In this document: positions 19,436 through 27,865 of the stretch, one piece after another
Layout of the letters: each line of letters begins with the position of its first letter
How positions within the stretch are numbered: position 1 is the first letter of the stretch
Assembly: GCA_025060715.1 (NCBI GenBank)
Contig: JANXBG010000003.1
Span: 412 to 64,411, forward strand
DNA: 64,000 nucleotides
Direction of reading: 5' to 3'
Source: a candidate division WOR-3 bacterium
Lineage (GTDB): Bacteria > Hydrothermota > Tepidihabitantia > Tepidihabitantales > DTDR01
Position numbers and translations under genes: made by a program
Notes under the pieces: model-generated
What the model saw: only the letters and a program-made list of their open reading frames with translations
Databases searched by the model: none
Told to the model about the DNA's origin: nothing

Positions 19436-20911
19436 TTATTTTACAATAATCTTTTTTATCTTTTTATCCACCAAGCTAAAATATACCCCCCTTTTAATTT
19501 TTTTAACTTTTTGCCCAGCAATATTAAAGATTAATAAATTGGTCATCCTTTTTCTTTCAATTTTTTTAACCTCTTCTCTCCCCTCTTTTATTTCCATAAA
19601 AGGTAATGGAAAATCATATTTATAAAACCAAACTTCATTTGTATTATTTCCTTTTAAAGCAAAGAGTCCGCCAGCAAAAAGTAAAAGCGAGGCACCGCCT
19701 TTTACTTTTTTATTAGAAGGAGCTATAGGCAGCGGCGGCAACTCATGCCAAGAATCGCTCTTTACAAAATATGCCCAAAATTCCGTTGTATTACCTCCTT
19801 TAAAAGCAAAAATAACATCCTGCCCTTGTTCATAAACTATAAAGGCGCCCTCCTTGACCTTCTTTTTTATTCCAGCTTTACTATAAAGAGGCATACTTTT
19901 TCTTATTTCCCATTTATTAGAATCTGCCTTATAAAAGAAAAATTCATTTGTTCCACCTTTTAAAAGATAAATATTCCTTCCATCCGAACAGAGGCAACTA
20001 CCTTTTTTAATTCCTGTTTCTCTTCCTAAATAAGGCGTGCTGGCTCTTTCAATCCAAGTATCTTTGTTGATATCATAAGCATAAAATTCTCTCGTGTTAC
20101 TTCCTTTGATGAGAAATAAATAATCTTTATTTAAAATCTTTCCCTTAGCTAAAGAGGAACCACCCTTTAAATTTTTGAAAGAGGGTCCTAAAGGAATTTC
20201 CCTCTTTTTCAACCAACTATCACCTGTCAAGGAATAAGCGAGAAACTCCCTGGTATTATTCCCAACTGCTAAATAGATAAAATCTCCGGCTCTACAAAAA
20301 GAGCTACCCTTTTTAGGTAAATATTTAGCCGACAATAAGTAGTTGGGGATTGAGCATTTTCTTGTCCAAGAATTGATAATCGGATCATATAAGTAAAACT
20401 CATTTGTTTTATTTCCTTTTATTAGAAAGATTTTCTTATCATTCTTAATTGAACCATCACACATTCCCCCACCCTCTTTAACTTTTTTTCTTCTTTCACC
20501 TAAAGGAACACTATCCCACAATACCCATTGATTTAAAGAAATTTCCACAATCCTCAATTTACTTGACAGTGTATCATTTTGAGGATTTGTATCATTGACA
20601 CAATATAAAGAACATTTTAGAAAATAAATTCCAATAATTGCGTTAAAAGAAATAAAATCAATTGACAATGTCGTATTACCCTTAATTATTATTTGCTGGG
20701 AATCGAGATATATTTGATTTTCTGTTGGTAATTGTAAGATTTTTAAATATACTGAAGCATTGGCATCTTCGGAAGATTCATTTTTTATTTGCACTCGGGG
20801 AATATAATTACCGGGTTCTTTAATACCCGTGGGCCGGACAATATTTTTTACTGAAAGGTCTACTCCTAATACCAAAAAGGAAATAAACAAAAATAAAAAA
20901 ATCTTTCTCAT
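19436..20911 (-). CDS. secreted Kelch-like beta-propeller protein with a T9SS C-terminal sorting tail
   Basis: The start is placed at MRKIFLFLFISFLVLGV (signal peptide), with GGAGG 5-9 nt upstream. Six repeats of the type N(T/N)xEF(Y/W/L)xY....(D/N)xW are present (NEFYLYDPIINSWT, REFLAYSLTGDSWL, REFYAYDINKDTWI, NEFFFYKADSNKWE, TEFWAYFVKSDSWH, NEVWFYKYD). The tail is IFNIAGQKVKKIKRGVYFSLVDKKIKKIIVK. Confidence 0.6.
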   Translation of the reverse strand: MRKIFLFLFISFLVLGVDLSVKNIVRPTGIKEPGNYIPRVQIKNESSEDANASVYLKILQLPTENQIYLDSQQIIIKGNTTLSIDFISFNAIIGIYFLKCSLYCVNDTNPQNDTLSSKLRIVEISLNQWVLWDSVPLGERRKKVKEGGGMCDGSIKNDKKIFLIKGNKTNEFYLYDPIINSWTRKCSIPNYLLSAKYLPKKGSSFCRAGDFIYLAVGNNTREFLAYSLTGDSWLKKREIPLGPSFKNLKGGSSLAKGKILNKDYLFLIKGSNTREFYAYDINKDTWIERASTPYLGRETGIKKGSCLCSDGRNIYLLKGGTNEFFFYKADSNKWEIRKSMPLYSKAGIKKKVKEGAFIVYEQGQDVIFAFKGGNTTEFWAYFVKSDSWHELPPLPIAPSNKKVKGGASLLLFAGGLFALKGNNTNEVWFYKYDFPLPFMEIKEGREEVKKIERKRMTNLLIFNIAGQKVKKIKRGVYFSLVDKKIKKIIVK

Positions 20912-20987
20912 CCTAACCTCCTTGTTATATATTTTAATTTTAATATAGCTTTCATTTTCATAAAAATCAATAATTATCAATAATTAT

Positions 20988-21015
20988 TTGACTTTATAAT
21001 TTTTTTAATTATACT
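20988..21015 (+). promoter_or_regulatory. sigma70-type promoter of the cold-shock gene
   Basis: TTGACT (20988-20993), 16 nt, TATACT (21010-21015). This gives a ~60-nt leader. Confidence 0.4.
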
Positions 21016-21028
21016 TACTTTAAGCCCC

Positions 21029-21052
21029 AACCAGAAAAATAAATTTCTGGTT
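21029..21052 (+). promoter_or_regulatory. stem-loop in the csp 5'UTR
   Basis: AACCAGAAA (21029-21037) pairs perfectly with TTTCTGGTT (21044-21052), giving a 9-bp stem around a 6-nt loop. It lies between the promoter and the SD (AAGGTAGG). Confidence 0.4.
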
Positions 21053-21081
21053 AAACTTGGGCTAAAAGGTAGGTGAAGAAT

Positions 21082-21288
21082 ATGTTTGGTAAAGTAAAAT
21101 GGTTTGACAGTAAGAAGGGTTATGGTTTTATTGAAGCCGAAGATGGTAGTGGCGATGTATTTGTTCATTATACCGATATCTTAAGTAAGGGTTTTAAGAC
21201 TTTAAAAGAAGGTGAAAAAGTAAAGTTTGAAATCGCTGATAGCCCAAAAGGTAAAAAAGCAGTTAAGGTAGAAAGAGTTTCCGAATAA
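21082..21288 (+). CDS. cspA: cold-shock protein (CspA family)
   Basis: [33 protein letters not shown] carries the RNP1 (KGYGFI) and RNP2 (VFVHY) motifs. The ATG at 21082 with an SD is preferred over the GTG at 21073. Confidence 0.9.
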   Translation: MFGKVKWFDSKKGYGFIEAEDGSGDVFVHYTDILSKGFKTLKEGEKVKFEIADSPKGKKAVKVERVSE

Positions 21289-21304
21289 TCATAAATAAAA
21301 TAAA

Positions 21305-22414
21305 TTAATCAATAAGAAATTTACCATTTTTAAAGATAAGCTCATTATCAGCGAAAATTTCTCCCTCTTTTCGTAAATCACAGACCATATCCCAATGGAT
21401 ACTTGACTTATTTTTTCCACCGGTTTCAAACAAAGAAGAACCGAGAGCCAGATGGATTGTGCCTCCAATCTTTTCGTCAAATAAAGTATTTTTTACAAAT
21501 TTTTGAATATTATAATTTGTTCCAAAGGAAAATTCACCAACCCTTCTTGCCCCTTCATCAGTTTGAAGTAAAGCTAATAAATAATCCTCATTTTTTTGGG
21601 CTTTTGCCTTTACTACTTTTCCTTCTTTAAAATGAAGTTCTACCCCATCTACTTCTTTTCCACCGTAAACACAAGGAAAACTAAATTTTATAAAACCATT
21701 AACCGAATCCTCTATTGGCGAAGTAAAAATCTCTCCATCTGGAAAATTCTCCTTACCATCACAATTTATCCATTTTCGACCTTTAACAGCTAACTCCAAA
21801 TCAACATTATTACCAACAACTTTTATTTTTTCTTTTTTTGATAAATATTTTATCAATTTTTCTTGCCATTTACTCAATTTTTCCCATTCTTTTATCGGCT
21901 CTTTTTTATCTAAAAAACAGGCTTTAAATATAAAATCCTCATATTCACTTAAAGACATTTCCGCATCCATTGCATTAGCAATATCTGGATAAGCAGTTCC
22001 ACACCATTTTATTTCTTTTTTAGCAATTTTTGATAACAATCTAGCATAATAATTTTTTCTTGCCTTACGAAATAAAGCAATCCTTTCCGACGGTACATTC
22101 GTTAAGTATTTTTTATTAAAATCTGTCCAAATGGTTAACCAGGAATTTACTTTTTTAAGTTCTAACCACTCAGTAGGAAATATAAATTTTAATTGAAATT
22201 CTTTTGCTTTTTTATAAAAAATTTCCATTGTATCTTCAATGATAATTTTTACAAAAGGAGAAGAATTATTTTCTAACACTTCTTCATAAAATGCAATAAT
22301 TAAAGGTAAAGAGTTATATTTTCCTTCAATTTTTACAATTTCTCCCTTTTTAATATTTAAAGAATAATGGCATAAAACTTTTGCTAATTTTTTCACATAT
22401 TCGTTTATCATCAT
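21305..22414 (-). CDS. aminopeptidase, M29 (AmpS/PepS) family
   Basis: Motifs seen: NFPDGEIFTSP, GEFSFGTN, LFDEKIGGTIHLALGSS and SSIHWDMV. GGAGG precedes the ATG. Confidence 0.8.
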   Translation of the reverse strand: MMINEYVKKLAKVLCHYSLNIKKGEIVKIEGKYNSLPLIIAFYEEVLENNSSPFVKIIIEDTMEIFYKKAKEFQLKFIFPTEWLELKKVNSWLTIWTDFNKKYLTNVPSERIALFRKARKNYYARLLSKIAKKEIKWCGTAYPDIANAMDAEMSLSEYEDFIFKACFLDKKEPIKEWEKLSKWQEKLIKYLSKKEKIKVVGNNVDLELAVKGRKWINCDGKENFPDGEIFTSPIEDSVNGFIKFSFPCVYGGKEVDGVELHFKEGKVVKAKAQKNEDYLLALLQTDEGARRVGEFSFGTNYNIQKFVKNTLFDEKIGGTIHLALGSSLFETGGKNKSSIHWDMVCDLRKEGEIFADNELIFKNGKFLID

Positions 22415-22464
22415 TCCTCCTTAAAATTTAATAATATTTTTTATTATTATAATTGTGTAAAAAT

Positions 22465-22584
22465 TGTGGAAAACTTAAGAAATTATATATTTTATAAGAC
22501 ATTATCTTCCACATTTTCCAAAATTTTTAATGTGGAAAATAAGAAAAAGTAGCACTTTTCCACATTTTCCACAGTTTTTCCACA
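22465..22584. promoter_or_regulatory. oriC-type cluster of six DnaA boxes with an adjacent AT-rich stretch
   Basis: TTTTCCACA occurs at 22556-22564, 22565-22573 and 22576-22584. Its complement TGTGGAAAA occurs at 22465-22473 and 22531-22539, and TCTTCCACA at 22505-22513. The stretch 22421-22456 is almost pure A/T. The cluster lies directly 3' of dnaA. Confidence 0.7.
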
Positions 22585-22600
22585 TAAAATTAACAAAAGA

Positions 22601-23914
22601 TTATACACTATTTATTTTATTTATTATTCTTGTTAAAATTTCTGAGAATTTAATATCATTTTTCCTCATTTCTTCAATCCGGCAGCAGGCATAAAGGACT
22701 GTGGTATGATCTTTTTTTCCAAAGTAAGAGCCAATCTCTAATAAACTCATATTAAGATAACGTCTACACAAATACATTGCCACTTGCCTTGCTAATGAAA
22801 TGTTTTTATTTCTTTGAGGCGATTTTAAAATTTCTGCCTCTAAACCAAATTCTTTTGAAACCTCCTTAACAATATCCTCTATTGTAATCCCATTTCTTTT
22901 TTGTAATAGATCTTTTAAAAGATGCTCAATTTCTTCAATAGACAAATCTCTTTCTCTTAATTGGGAAGCTAAAATAACCCTTTTTAACGCTCCTTCTAAT
23001 TCCCTAATATTTGTTTTTATTCTTTCTGCTAAAAATATTATTACATCTTTTCTTAAAGACACATTTTCCTCTTCTGCTTTTTTATTTATTATCGCAATTC
23101 TTGTTTCTAAATCTGGTGGTTGAATATCACAGACAAGCCCTTGATTGAGTCTGGAAATAAGTCTTTCTTCTAACGTTGGAATTTCCTTTGGCGGTCTATC
23201 AGACGTAAAAACAACTTGAACATTTTTTGACTGTAAATAATTTAAATTATGAAAAAGCTCTTCCTGAAGCCTTTCTTTACCTACCAAATAATGGATGTCA
23301 TCAATCAAAAGTAAATCTAAAGAGCGATATTTGTTCCGAAATTCAACAATACTATTTTCCTGAATTGCCTGGATTAATTCAAGAAAGAAGTTTTCTGCCG
23401 ATGTGTAAAAAATCCGATAATAGGGATAATGTTTTTTTACGTAGTTTCCAATAGAACAGATAAGATGGGTTTTCCCTAATCCAACACCACCATAAATGAA
23501 TAATGGATTATAATATTTTCCTAACCCTTCACAAACTCTCCGACAAGCAGCAAAAGCAAAACGATTACATTCGCCTACTACAAAGTTATCAAAAGTGAAC
23601 CTTTCGGGAATTTTTATGCCATAATTGATAAAGACCTTTTTTTCTTCGGTTTCTGGTTCAAATTTAAACTTTTTAGGAACTATTTCAAATTGGATTTTAG
23701 AAATTCCACATTGTTTAGCTGCCTCTTTTATTATAGAGAGATAATGTTCACTTATCCATTCAACAAAAAAATTGTTTGGAACCTCTAATATCATTAATCC
23801 TTCGTTACCCATTTTTGCCTTTATCGGTTCAATCCAAGTATGAAAACCATCCTCTGTTATTCTATCTTTTAAATATTTTAAAATTTCCTCCCACATATTT
23901 TCTACGTTAATCAT
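22601..23914 (-). CDS. dnaA: chromosomal replication initiator DnaA
   Basis: 437 aa. It has AAA+ Walker A (GGVGLGKTHL), Walker B (LLLIDDIHYL) and a C-terminal DNA-binding helix (ARQVAMYLCRRYLNMSLLEIGSYFGKKDHTTV). Confidence 0.95.
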   Translation of the reverse strand: MINVENMWEEILKYLKDRITEDGFHTWIEPIKAKMGNEGLMILEVPNNFFVEWISEHYLSIIKEAAKQCGISKIQFEIVPKKFKFEPETEEKKVFINYGIKIPERFTFDNFVVGECNRFAFAACRRVCEGLGKYYNPLFIYGGVGLGKTHLICSIGNYVKKHYPYYRIFYTSAENFFLELIQAIQENSIVEFRNKYRSLDLLLIDDIHYLVGKERLQEELFHNLNYLQSKNVQVVFTSDRPPKEIPTLEERLISRLNQGLVCDIQPPDLETRIAIINKKAEEENVSLRKDVIIFLAERIKTNIRELEGALKRVILASQLRERDLSIEEIEHLLKDLLQKRNGITIEDIVKEVSKEFGLEAEILKSPQRNKNISLARQVAMYLCRRYLNMSLLEIGSYFGKKDHTTVLYACCRIEEMRKNDIKFSEILTRIINKINSV

Positions 23915-24052
23915 ATGACCTCCTAATTTTTTATTAATTTTATAATTAAAATAAACTAAATTTTTAACCCTTCCACAAAAACTAATAAAAGGATAATATT
24001 ATTTTAAGTTAAGTCAAGAAATTTTTTAAATTGAGATGATCCTATAGATTAA

Positions 24053-24074
24053 AAATGTTCCACGTGGAACATTT
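24053..24074 (-). terminator. perfect 22-bp palindrome; candidate intrinsic terminator or paired DnaA-box-like site
   Basis: The sequence is AAATGTTCCACGTGGAACATTT. On the minus strand it is followed by TT AAT, giving a T5 run. It overlaps the stop of 24073-25221 and lies ~140 nt upstream of dnaA. Each half, TGTTCCACG, is 7/9 to the local DnaA box. Confidence 0.4.
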
Positions 24075-25221
24075 ATCCCTCTTCCTTAGGTTGTTCTTCT
24101 TTCTTTTCTTCGGTAGGAGTAATTATTTCCTCCTTTTCTTCTTTTTCTTCTAATAAATCCCTATCGTCTTTTTTCTTAACTAAATTTAAATAAACTAATG
24201 TTTGTCCTGTTGTCCAAATATTAACACCGTAGGAAAGGACAAAAAGATAAAGTAAATAAAAGGTTAAGGCAAAAAATATGGAAAGGACAGCAATTCCCCA
24301 ATTATTGGGGATAAAGGATATATTTGGCTCTAATAAATAAAAAAGTCCTAATCTTTCTATTAGGTTACTCCAAAATTGATAATAAAATCCGGTATTCTCC
24401 GGAGGAGAAATTTTTATAAAATAATGGGCGAGGGAAAAGGCTTCGTTAATTTTATCAGGAATTAAAATAGATAGAATAGTTTTACCAATCTTTATTGAAA
24501 TAAAAGTGGCATAACCAAAGATAAGAAAGCCCAGAAAAGATAATACTTTTAAAATAATTGAATACCAAATTAATCTGGCAGGTTGTTCATTTACGCAAGA
24601 GAAAACTTCAAATAAAGTATCAAAGGTGTCAGAATTTGTGCAACCAACGATAATAGGGGAGAGGATTAAAGAAAAGAAAAGGATTATTAAAAGATATAAA
24701 ATGAAAATAGAGGCACAGAAAGCGGGTATACTCATAATCCCTACAAATATATCACCAAAATAAGGAATTTTTCCAATCAATGCTAAAATAATTCCGGCAA
24801 TTATAATTAAAATTATAAAGGCGATAAGAAAAAGAGGAGAGAAAAAATAAGATTTAAAATTTTTAAAGGCAAATTTTAAACTTTCCTTAATTTCAAAAAA
24901 TTCGTCGCCCCTTAATTGTTCAAAAGTAATTTTCGCTACTGCATTTTGAGCAATAAAAAAGATAATTAAAAAGGAAATAATTCCAATTATCCAAAGAATA
25001 TAAGAATAATAAGGAAGATTATTTGTTAAAAATGGAAAAAAACGAAAAGAGTGCCATATTTCATTAAAAGAATAACCAGAAATAAGAAGAGCTAGATAAG
25101 AAAATATATTGTAAAAAATGAAAGCAACAAAAATGGAAATGGTCATTATTGCCAATTTTTTTAAAGAAAAGGCTAACCGGATACTTTTGAAAATATCCTT
25201 ATAGTTATAATGTAGTTTCAT
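24073..25221 (-). CDS. polytopic membrane protein, function unknown
   Basis: 382 aa with ~8 hydrophobic segments. The tail is acidic/lysine-rich (EEKEEKEEIITPTEEKKEEQPKEEG). GGAGG precedes the ATG. Confidence 0.5.
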   Translation of the reverse strand: MKLHYNYKDIFKSIRLAFSLKKLAIMTISIFVAFIFYNIFSYLALLISGYSFNEIWHSFRFFPFLTNNLPYYSYILWIIGIISFLIIFFIAQNAVAKITFEQLRGDEFFEIKESLKFAFKNFKSYFFSPLFLIAFIILIIIAGIILALIGKIPYFGDIFVGIMSIPAFCASIFILYLLIILFFSLILSPIIVGCTNSDTFDTLFEVFSCVNEQPARLIWYSIILKVLSFLGFLIFGYATFISIKIGKTILSILIPDKINEAFSLAHYFIKISPPENTGFYYQFWSNLIERLGLFYLLEPNISFIPNNWGIAVLSIFFALTFYLLYLFVLSYGVNIWTTGQTLVYLNLVKKKDDRDLLEEKEEKEEIITPTEEKKEEQPKEEG

Positions 25222-25233
25222 TCTTCCTCCTTT

Positions 25234-25362
25234 TTAAAAGTATTTAAAAATTCTAACAATTATATAAAATAAAAGAGCTATTAAAATAATTAAAAAATAC
25301 CATAAATATTTTAAAGGTAAAAAATAATTTTTCTCTTTAAAAAATTTTCTTTTAAAAAACAT
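25234..25362 (-). CDS. candidate 42-aa single-pass membrane peptide (below the ORF-track cutoff)
   Basis: It reads MFFKRKFFKEKNYFLPLKYLWYFLIILIALLFYIIVRIFKYF. Its ATG lies 7 nt after a -10 hexamer. Its stop is 12 nt before the next gene's ATG, across that gene's SD. Confidence 0.3.
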   Translation of the reverse strand: MFFKRKFFKEKNYFLPLKYLWYFLIILIALLFYIIVRIFKYF

Positions 25363-25369
25363 ACTAAAT

Positions 25370-25397
25370 ATATTAACAAATTTTAAAGAAATGTCAA
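25370..25397 (-). promoter_or_regulatory. sigma70-type promoter, leaderless type, for the small ORF/membrane protein/dnaA unit
   Basis: On the minus strand: TTGACA (25397-25392), 16 nt, TAATAT (25375-25370), 7 nt, then ATG at 25362. Confidence 0.4.
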
Positions 25398-25454
25398 GAA
25401 AAGAGGAGGAAAGTTAATTACTTGACAAATTACAATATATGTATTTAGTGAAAG

Positions 25455-25826
25455 CTTTATTGCCGATGATAAAGTTGCGGTTATTTAAAAAGTTAGTAGA
25501 GTTTTCGTTTAAAGTAAACAGATTAAGAGTTTTTGGCTTTTTATATAGGCTAAAAATTCTTTTACCACAAACCAATTATCATTTAACAACTTGTATAACC
25601 TATATACTGTTTACTAATACAGTTCTCTCCTCTATAGAAAGTAAAATTCCTTTATATTGTTAATGGGGCATTAAGAAAATATTTAAAAGAATTGTTATTT
25701 AACTGCTACCGAAAGGGTATATACTTTCCTTAATCTTTCCTTTTTCTTAGTCAAATTTTTTAAAATCTAATATATTATAACGAAAAAGGTAGCCCCAAAG
25801 GTTAATAATTTTTTAAGGTTTTTATT
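25455..25826 (-). repeat. intergenic repeat family, copy B
   Basis: The reverse complement aligns along ~370 nt with copy A (45184-45535). 25668-25693 is 25/26 identical to the reverse complement of 45353-45378. 25633-25646 equals the reverse complement of 45400-45413. Further shared blocks are TAACCTTTG.GG, TTTTCGTTATA, TAAGAAAAAGGA and ATAATTGGTTTG.GGTAAAA. Confidence 0.7.
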
Positions 25827-25857
25827 AAAAGGCATTAAAAAACAAAGTTATGTTAAT

Positions 25858-25886
25858 TTGACAAAAATGGAAATTTTTTTTATAAT
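25858..25886 (+). promoter_or_regulatory. sigma70-type promoter of the OmpA-family gene
   Basis: TTGACA (25858-25863), 17 nt, TATAAT (25881-25886), 8 nt, then ATG at 25895. Confidence 0.45.
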
Positions 25887-25894
25887 TAATTTTT

Positions 25895-27820
25895 ATGATT
25901 AAAAATTTTAAAAAGGAGGAAGGGATGAGAAGTATTTTATTTTCATTGCTTTTTATCTTCTCTTTAGTTTTTTCTCAATATAGCTTTTATCCAACAGATG
26001 GCCTTTTTTTAATGAAGGATGCTGAAATTATAGAAAGTGGTAAACTAAGATTGGGTACTTATTTTCTCTACTATCCAAAAGAAAAGGAACATTACTTTGA
26101 TTTATCTTTTCCGACAGTTGTTTATTCCCTTACTGATTTTTTAGAAATAGGTGGATATTATGGTAGGACTTTTTATTACAATGAGCCAAAAGAAAGTTTA
26201 GAACATTTACCTTATGATGGTATTTTTTCAGGAAAGATTTCCATTCCCTTTTTACCGGTTGTAAAACTGGGAGCTTTTTTATCCTATCCATTAAAAATTC
26301 GTGAAAAAACCTGGAATATTTTACCGATTTTCCCCTTTCAAGAAAAGAAATTAGCTTATTCTTTTCTATTAAAGTTAAAATTTTCTGACCTTCTCTCTTC
26401 TTTTCCTTCTTTATTAGTAGAAAAAGGTTATTTTAGGTATAATAATATTCGCTATCAAACTTTAGGGTTAGGAGTTCTTATTTCAGCAAAAAAATTATCA
26501 ATTTTTGGTGAATTGTTTATTGAAAGCCGAGAAAAAGAAAAGATATTTGATTTTGATAGAAATCGGATAAGACTAACACCAGGATTTAATATCTTTTTAG
26601 GTGAGCTTTTTAATATCGGTTTTAGCGTTTCTAAACGGTTAAACGAACTTCCTGAATTGCCTGATTGGCAATATAATCTTTCACTATCCTTTTCTTCTTA
26701 TTTTTTAAGAAAACCACCAAAGAGAAAAGGGGTTTTAACCGGTCGCATCTTAGATTTTGAAACAAAATTACCCCTTTTAGCAAAATTGACTATTGAAAAT
26801 TTTAAGGAAATATATTCTGATTCTATTACTGGCATTTATACTTTTAGTAAAATTCCTGAAGGACAATATGTGCTATTTGTTGAAAAAGATGGTTATTATC
26901 GGGAAGCAATTCCTGTGTTTGTAGAAGGTGAAAAGACCGCCACTATTGATATATATTTAAAACCAATTTTACAATACGGAACAATTGCGGGTAGAGTATA
27001 TGATAAAGAGACAAATCAACCTCTTTTAGCAAAGATTTTATTAAAAGAAAAAGGAATTGAAATATTTTCTGATTCAATAACAGGTGGTTTTCGGATTGAT
27101 AATATTGAGACGGGTATTTATACGATAGAGGCAATAAAAGATAATTACTTTCCATACACCTATACTCTGGAGGTAAAAGCAAAGGAAGTTAAAAATTTAG
27201 AGATTCCTTTAGCAAAAAAGGGTGCCTTTGGAACCATTACTGGTCAAGTTTTTGATTATAAAGAAAAAAAGCCCTTAAAAGCGACGGTTGAAATAAAAGA
27301 AGCGAACGTGAAGGTGGAGACCGATACAATAACTGGTATCTATAAATTAGAACTACCTGTGGGAACATATACTGCAATTGTTAGTAGTGAAGGTTATATT
27401 GCTCAAACTTCGCCAATTATTGTTGAAAAAGATAAAGCGCAAGAAAAGAATTTTTATTTAGTTAAAAAGGGAATGGTAATAACTTTAAGAGGAATATACT
27501 TTGATTTTAATAAAGCCACTATTAAAAAAGAATCTTATCCAACCTTAGATTCAGCTGCCCAAATCTTAAAGGATAATCCAAAAATTATCGTAGAAATTCA
27601 GGGTCACACTGATAATATTGGTGATGCCGAATATAATAAAAAACTTTCTTTAAGAAGAGCGCAAGCAGTAGTCAATTATTTTGTTCAAAAACATGGAATT
27701 GATATTAGAAGATTAAGAGCAACAGGATATGGCGAAGAGAAGCCGATCGCTGATAACGCTACTGAGGAAGGAAGGGCATTGAATAGAAGGGTTGAATTTG
27801 TAATCATAAAAGAGGAGTAA
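25895..27820 (+). CDS. OmpA-family outer-membrane protein with three CarboxypepD_reg-like domains
   Basis: The C-terminus is OmpA_C (GIYFDFNKATIK...IQGHTDNIGDAEYNKKLSLRRAQAV...GYGEEKPIADNATEEGRALNRRVEFVI). Three ~80-aa repeats start G(V/T)(L/I)(T/A)G(R/Q)(I/V)(L/Y/F)D. There is an N-terminal signal peptide. An alternative start is ATG 25925 behind AAGGAGG. Confidence 0.85.
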   Translation: MIKNFKKEEGMRSILFSLLFIFSLVFSQYSFYPTDGLFLMKDAEIIESGKLRLGTYFLYYPKEKEHYFDLSFPTVVYSLTDFLEIGGYYGRTFYYNEPKESLEHLPYDGIFSGKISIPFLPVVKLGAFLSYPLKIREKTWNILPIFPFQEKKLAYSFLLKLKFSDLLSSFPSLLVEKGYFRYNNIRYQTLGLGVLISAKKLSIFGELFIESREKEKIFDFDRNRIRLTPGFNIFLGELFNIGFSVSKRLNELPELPDWQYNLSLSFSSYFLRKPPKRKGVLTGRILDFETKLPLLAKLTIENFKEIYSDSITGIYTFSKIPEGQYVLFVEKDGYYREAIPVFVEGEKTATIDIYLKPILQYGTIAGRVYDKETNQPLLAKILLKEKGIEIFSDSITGGFRIDNIETGIYTIEAIKDNYFPYTYTLEVKAKEVKNLEIPLAKKGAFGTITGQVFDYKEKKPLKATVEIKEANVKVETDTITGIYKLELPVGTYTAIVSSEGYIAQTSPIIVEKDKAQEKNFYLVKKGMVITLRGIYFDFNKATIKKESYPTLDSAAQILKDNPKIIVEIQGHTDNIGDAEYNKKLSLRRAQAVVNYFVQKHGIDIRRLRATGYGEEKPIADNATEEGRALNRRVEFVIIKEE

Positions 27821-27865
27821 ATTATTATAATCAATCTTATCTTTTATCTATTTTCTTTAAAGGTT

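Noticed and set aside
20977-21168. 63-aa minus-strand ORF across the csp promoter and 5' end
   Set aside because: It overlaps the well-supported cold-shock gene and its promoter and leader. It has no start signals.
22556-22584. Tandem 9-mers that could be mistaken for a mini repeat array or CRISPR
   Set aside because: The units are 9 nt with 0-2 nt spacers and match the DnaA-box consensus next to dnaA. No 25-40 nt repeats with unique spacers occur anywhere in the window.
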